From NCBI RefSeq assembly GCF_009914755.1, contig NC_060947.1: a stretch of 64,000 bases of DNA; one strand, written 5' to 3'. Source of the stretch: the human T2T-CHM13v2.0 reference genome, Homo sapiens. Positions 58,911 to 64,000 of the stretch are shown piece after piece (within the stretch, counting starts at the first letter, position 1; each line of letters opens with the position of its first letter). A program made the position numbers and the translations under genes. A model generated the notes under the pieces. It was not told where the DNA came from and searched no databases. It saw only the letters and a program-made list of their open reading frames with translations.

Positions 58911-59729
58911 GCAGCTCAGTTCATTTCCGAGGAATTGTCCTATATGCAGGGGGTCTTAGGAACACAGGTAACTTCACTTCCCATTTGAAGAGCGAGGAGT
59001 TCTCCCGAGGCCCTGAACAGGAATAGAGACTGTGAGGCATTGGCGTTTGGAAGGAAGTGTCTCTGAAATAGAAACGACTGTCAGATGAAGAGGGACAGTT
59101 CAGTATGGTACCCGGGCCTGCCTTTCCAGACGTCCCCAGCCTCTTTGCCTAGTTCCCACTCTGGGCCCCTGGGCAGGTGACCCGCAGCTGCACATGGGTT
59201 TCCTGGGAAGCCACAGTGCTGAGGATCTTGGGAGAGAGGCTCAGGATCAGAGTCTGGGGAGTGCAGGAGCTTGCGGGGGGAGGGGGTGGGGTCAGTGGGG
59301 GCGGGGGGTGCTGCTTTGGGGATTGGGAGGAGTGGACTGGGGCGGGGTCACAGAGTCTTTAGCTGAACCCATGGGTGCTCTGGGTCTCGGCTTGTCCTGA
59401 CTCAAGTCAAGGGGCCCAGGCCTTTGTAAAGGTCCACATTGCCCATTCACTGGGGCCTGGCTTTGGGTGAGGGTGGCAGCTGGAGATGGGGGGAAGCCCT
59501 GAACGGGAATCTTGGCCACACACTGCTATATCCGCGACACCAAATTCTATCCCACCTGTTGTTGGCTGTTCTGGAAACCAGCACTGAAAAATACGGAGTG
59601 GAAAAGTTTTCTGATTTTTTTTTTCCTGCTTTGTTTGGGTTTTTTGGAAAACAATTTCAAAATTAGCATATGGCTTGTTAAAATTAAATCACAAAGGAAG
59701 TGCCTATGGTAACGTTTTGATCAGGCTCT

Positions 59730-59905
59730 AGGTCTGTGTGAACCACGGCCCATATTTGAAAATCCAGCTTTATTGGGACATAGCCATGCCCATTGCTTTC
59801 TGTGTCCTCTGTGGCTGCTTTAGTGTGCCACCAGGGCAGACTTGGGTGGGTTGCAGCAGAGATGGCATGGCCCTCAAGGTCCAAGATGTTTACTCTCTTG
59901 CCGGT
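59730..59905. mobile_element. MER58A
   Basis: tttattgggacatagccatgccca..tggctgcttt..gcagcagaga..atgtttactctc. Confidence 0.65.
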
Positions 59906-60242
59906 CCTCTGTTATCTCTGGTCTTTGTGGTTGCCACAGTTTTCTTGGATCCAGGAGTTAAAGGCAGTCCTGAGGGATGATGGCCTCATCTCCGCAGTTG
60001 CCTGGAATGCTGAATTTCAGACGTGCTAAAGGAGGGGTTGCAGACATTGTGTGGAATGCATTCAGACCCCAGATGTGGGTGCAGGAAGGCAGGCATGGCA
60101 CAGCCAGGTAGAGACTGGTTTCCAGGCCCAAGCAGCCTTCAGCAGCTGTGCGCCTTGTTTCTGATGTTGTTTGGGAGTAAGAATAATGTAGACATGGGGG
60201 GTCATGAGGCTCAGGGTAAAAACTTCAAGGAAACCTCCATGG

Positions 60243-60550
60243 CATGGTTGGGCGCAGTGACTCATGCCTGTAACCCCAGCACTGTGGAATGCCAAGGTGG
60301 AAGGATCGCTTGAGGCCAAGAGTTGGAGACCAGCCTGGGCAACATAAGGAGACCCTGTCTCTACCAAAAAAAAAAAAAAATGACCAGGTATGGTGGCGCA
60401 CACCTGTGGTCCCAGCTACTCAGGAGGCTGAGGCGGGAGCCTGGGAGGTTGAGGCTGCAGTGAGCTGTGATTGCACCATGGCACTCCAGCCTGGACCACA
60501 GAGCAAGACCCTGTCTCAAAGAAAGAAAGAGAGAGATAGAAAGAGAGAAA
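60243..60550 (+). mobile_element. AluJ
   Basis: TSD gaaacctccat on both sides; (GAAA)n tail. Confidence 0.88.
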
Positions 60551-61494
60551 GAAACCTCCATGGCAGATGCATGGAGGAATGGGTTAATATCTAGAAATAC
60601 GCTGAGTGGTGGAGTAAAGAAAACCCACAATAGAATACCTGATGAATGTGGGGAAAGCACTTCTGAGCTCCTCTAGTTGTAGAAGACCTAAAAAGACGAT
60701 TTAAAAAAACAAACAGGAGAGCCCTGTTATTGTTGATGTCTTCCAAAACGAACGTGCATTTATAAGCCAGGTGGCATTTTAATGTCACGAGGGGGTCCAT
60801 TCTCCCATCTGTCTCCTTTGCTTTTGTTAGAGTCAGTAGCTTCTAGGTCTGCTTGACATTGGAGAGGATACTGAATGCAGAAAATTTTGTTTAATTATAA
60901 TGATTTGATTTTTTCCTTCTGTATTCAAGTTTGCCTGCTTCTAATGAATTGGCAGAAATGAAGAGCTTGCTCAGATTTTGCCAGGACCATTTAAAAGCAA
61001 TTAAAATCAATTTAGTTATTAAATTTGAAATTATTGTCTGGCTAAATGATAGTTTAAAATTCAATTTATACTGGCACTTACTTTTTAATGAACAGACCAC
61101 ATCACACATTTTTATGTTCTCAAATTATCTGTGGCTTTAAAGCTGTAAAAAAAGGTGCTCTTTTAAAAAAGCCCTGCATGTTTCCTTTTTCCTCTCTACT
61201 TCCGCTAAAATATTTACATGTTTCTTTTAAAATAAGGTGAGAAAATCCCCTTGACTTCTCAATTTTAAGAAACTATACTTATCTTTTCATCACAAATGTT
61301 CATTTATCTGTGTTGAAGTCAACCCAAGAAATCTTAAAATATAACGGAAAGAAAATGTTTCTGGATTTTTTCCCGAGAATACATATACTTTTAAATGGCA
61401 CGTTTTACCCATTGACTTTAATTCCTCCCTCCCTCCATTACATTTTTAGATGTGTTCAATGAAACGTAGTCCTCCCCCTTTAAAAAAATGGACC

Positions 61495-61800
61495 GAGCAT
61501 CACGTGTGAGGCTGCAAAGAGGCTCCCTGCCAAAGCATCTTATCTGCCGCTGGTAAAGCCCCGCCCCTCCGTCAGCAGCTAACCCTTGAGCGGGATGTGT
61601 GCTTGTGCCGGGTGCATTGCATTAAGAGAATGCAACTGAATAGAGAAGGATCAGGACCTTTTGTGCAGAGGTGGGGAGTGTTAAAAAGGGGGAGGCCTGG
61701 GTGGGAGGGTGGAGTTAGTGGGAGATGGGTATGCTTAGTGCTTAAATTCCCTGCATTCCCTAACACGAATTTAAGAAACTCACACAGTAAATGAGTCAGG
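61495..61800. promoter_or_regulatory. Candidate enhancer or alternative promoter
   Basis: TCACGTG 61500-06, CTTATCT (GATA) 61539-45, GCCCCGCCCC (Sp/KLF) 61558-67, CGTCA 61570-74, TGAGTCA (AP-1) 61792-98, in repeat-free DNA with locally more CpG. Confidence 0.5.
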
Positions 61801-61933
61801 GAGAGGGAGAGACAGGGAGAGAGGGAGGGGAGAGGGAGAGTTCCTTTCATTCATGACAGGATGAACTTTGCATGCTTCAGAACAATTTACATTTTTCCTT
61901 ATTTCTAGGTACTTTTTTGAACTAAGAACCTGG

Positions 61934-61936
<3 letters not shown>

Positions 61937-61988
<52 letters not shown>
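61937..61988. repeat. (GT)26 microsatellite
   Basis: Perfect dinucleotide run. Confidence 0.97.
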
Positions 61989-61989
<1 letters not shown>

Positions 61990-62189
61990 GGTGTGTGTTG
62001 GTGGTGGGGTTTTTTTGCCTTATATTTCATAAATATTTCTTGGTTGATTAAATGTCAATAATCGCTCATTTCTGGTTTGTAAAGCTGTTACCTGATCCTT
62101 GAATACCACGAATATTTTGTACATTCTAAATAATTGAGAGAAAATAACAACGACAACAAAAAGACACAAATAAAAAGCATCTCCGCTTA

Positions 62190-62621
<432 letters not shown>

Positions 62622-63139
62622 GCAAGAGCACGTCTTTTAAAATCAGTGCTGTCTGTGGGGTGGGAGGGGAGGAGAAGTAGATCTGGCCATGCTGAAAGGT
62701 TCGTGCAGTGGCCTCCTGAGCTGCGCACATGCTTCTGGAGCTTTGGGTGGACATTTAGTCTGCATGTGGATCTCTGTCCAAGCCTGCACTGGGAGCCCCT
62801 GCCCCAGGAAGCGAAGGCTGCATTTCTTTTATGTCAATTAACAGATTTCTGCCCCACCCTGGACATCTGAGCGTTAACTGATTTGTAAGGGAGGGGTGAG
62901 GGAGGGTAAAATTACAATTCTATATCTTAACATTGGGGGTGAAGCATTTTTACCCTAGAGGAATTCTATCCAAACACATTAAACACTCTTAATAAGGGAC
63001 AAAGGGTTGGGACGTAGCGGTTAGGGGGCAAGCCCATGAGCCTCACTCCTTGTGCTCTCTCTCCAGGAATTGGAGAGGGAATCCTTTTGCTTAGCATTCC
63101 CACGCCTCCCACGGGCCTGGCACTGGGCCCGCGGGCTTG

Positions 63140-63490
63140 CCTTAGTCTCCTGGGCTGCCCTAACGCAGCACCACGTGCCGGGCGGCTGTAACAGCAGCCC
63201 GTAATTCTCCCACAGTCCTGGAGGTTCTAAGTCCCAGATCGAGGGGTCAGCAGGGTTGGTTCCTCCCTAGGCCTCTCTCCTGGGCTTGTAGATACTGTCT
63301 TCTCCCTGGGTCCTAACAAGGTCATCCCTCTGTGTGTGTCTGTGTCCCCTCATCTCTAGTCCTGTTGGATTAGGGCCCGTCCTAATGACCTCATTTTACC
63401 TTAGTTACCTCTTGAATGGCCCTAACTCCAAATGAACAGTCACATTCTGAGGTCCTGGGGCTTAAGGCTTCAGCATATGAGTTGGGAGTA
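63140..63490 (-). mobile_element. MLT1A-like MaLR LTR (possible terminal remnant at 63810-63828)
   Basis: gggctgcc..ggattagggccc..taatgacctcatttta..cagtcacattctgaggt. Confidence 0.8.
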
Positions 63491-63499
63491 GGGATGTAA

Positions 63500-63752
63500 T
63501 ATGCCTAATGTCCAGAACAGGAAAATCCATAGAGGCAGAAAGTGGGTTCCTGCTTGCCAGGGCTGGGGACGGGCAGTGTGGGGTGACTGCTAGCCAGCAC
63601 AGGGTTTCTTCTGGAAGTGATGAAAGTGTTCTGGAATTAGACAGCGGTTGCAAAATTCTGAATGTATTAAAAACCACTGAATTGTACATTTTGAAAGAGT
63701 GAATTTCATGGTATGTGAATTATATCTCAGTAAAGTTGTTATAAACAAAAAC
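63500..63752 (+). mobile_element. L1MB 3' end
   Basis: tccagaacaggaaaatccatagaggcagaaagt..gtgatgaaagtgttctggaattaga..gtgaattatatctcagtaaa. Confidence 0.82.
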
Positions 63753-64000
63753 TGTGAGGGTAAGAGGTAAAAGGAAGGGAGTTGAAAGCAGCATCAGGTG
63801 TGAACAGCCCATAATTCAGCCCATAGACGAGCGCGAACTCCTAGCACAGCTGTCTGTTGAAGATGTGCGTGAATGCTTGCTTTCCGCACCCTTCGGCCTG
63901 CTTTTCTCTACTCTCCAATTTCATCATACATTCTCTTCCTTCCTCCCCCTCCCCACTTTTTCAAAACGTTTCTTCTAGTCCTTACTTGTGGCTACACAAA

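Noticed and set aside
61890-61914. Second AG|GT site (catttttccttatttctag|gtactt)
   Set aside because: Weak 5' motif and no evident downstream exon; such sites arise by chance in 64 kb

Overview
This is primate (very likely human) intronic DNA: CpG-depleted, repeat-dense, with no intact protein-coding ORF. It contains about 35 Alu/FLAM/FRAM copies, a near full-length but dead L1PA12-like LINE-1 (33610-39700, +), and a deleted MER4-group ERV1 provirus (9006-13621) with a 4-bp TSD inserted into a MER20. It also has a MER4 solo LTR, several MaLR/ERVL LTRs, old L1M fragments and many DNA-transposon MITEs (MER20 x5, MER58 x5, MER82, MER8/Tigger2, MER33, MER3, MER5). The only convincing gene feature is a 70-nt + strand exon at 32380-32449, which I recall (unverified) as a 5'UTR exon of TBL1X (Xp22). 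I found no novel multi-gene system. The most interesting signal sits at that exon: it holds a complete 9-codon uORF ending Pro-Pro-stop, and 37 nt upstream is a YnCAG|GTATGT site with recursive-splice (RS-exon) architecture. Other findings are mostly mutational archaeology: templated insertions, target-site reuse, microsatellite birth and loss of poly(A) signals in sense-oriented insertions. Repeat subfamily names come from my memory of consensus sequences, and most repeat boundaries are approximate (about +/-10-20 bp) unless a TSD is given.
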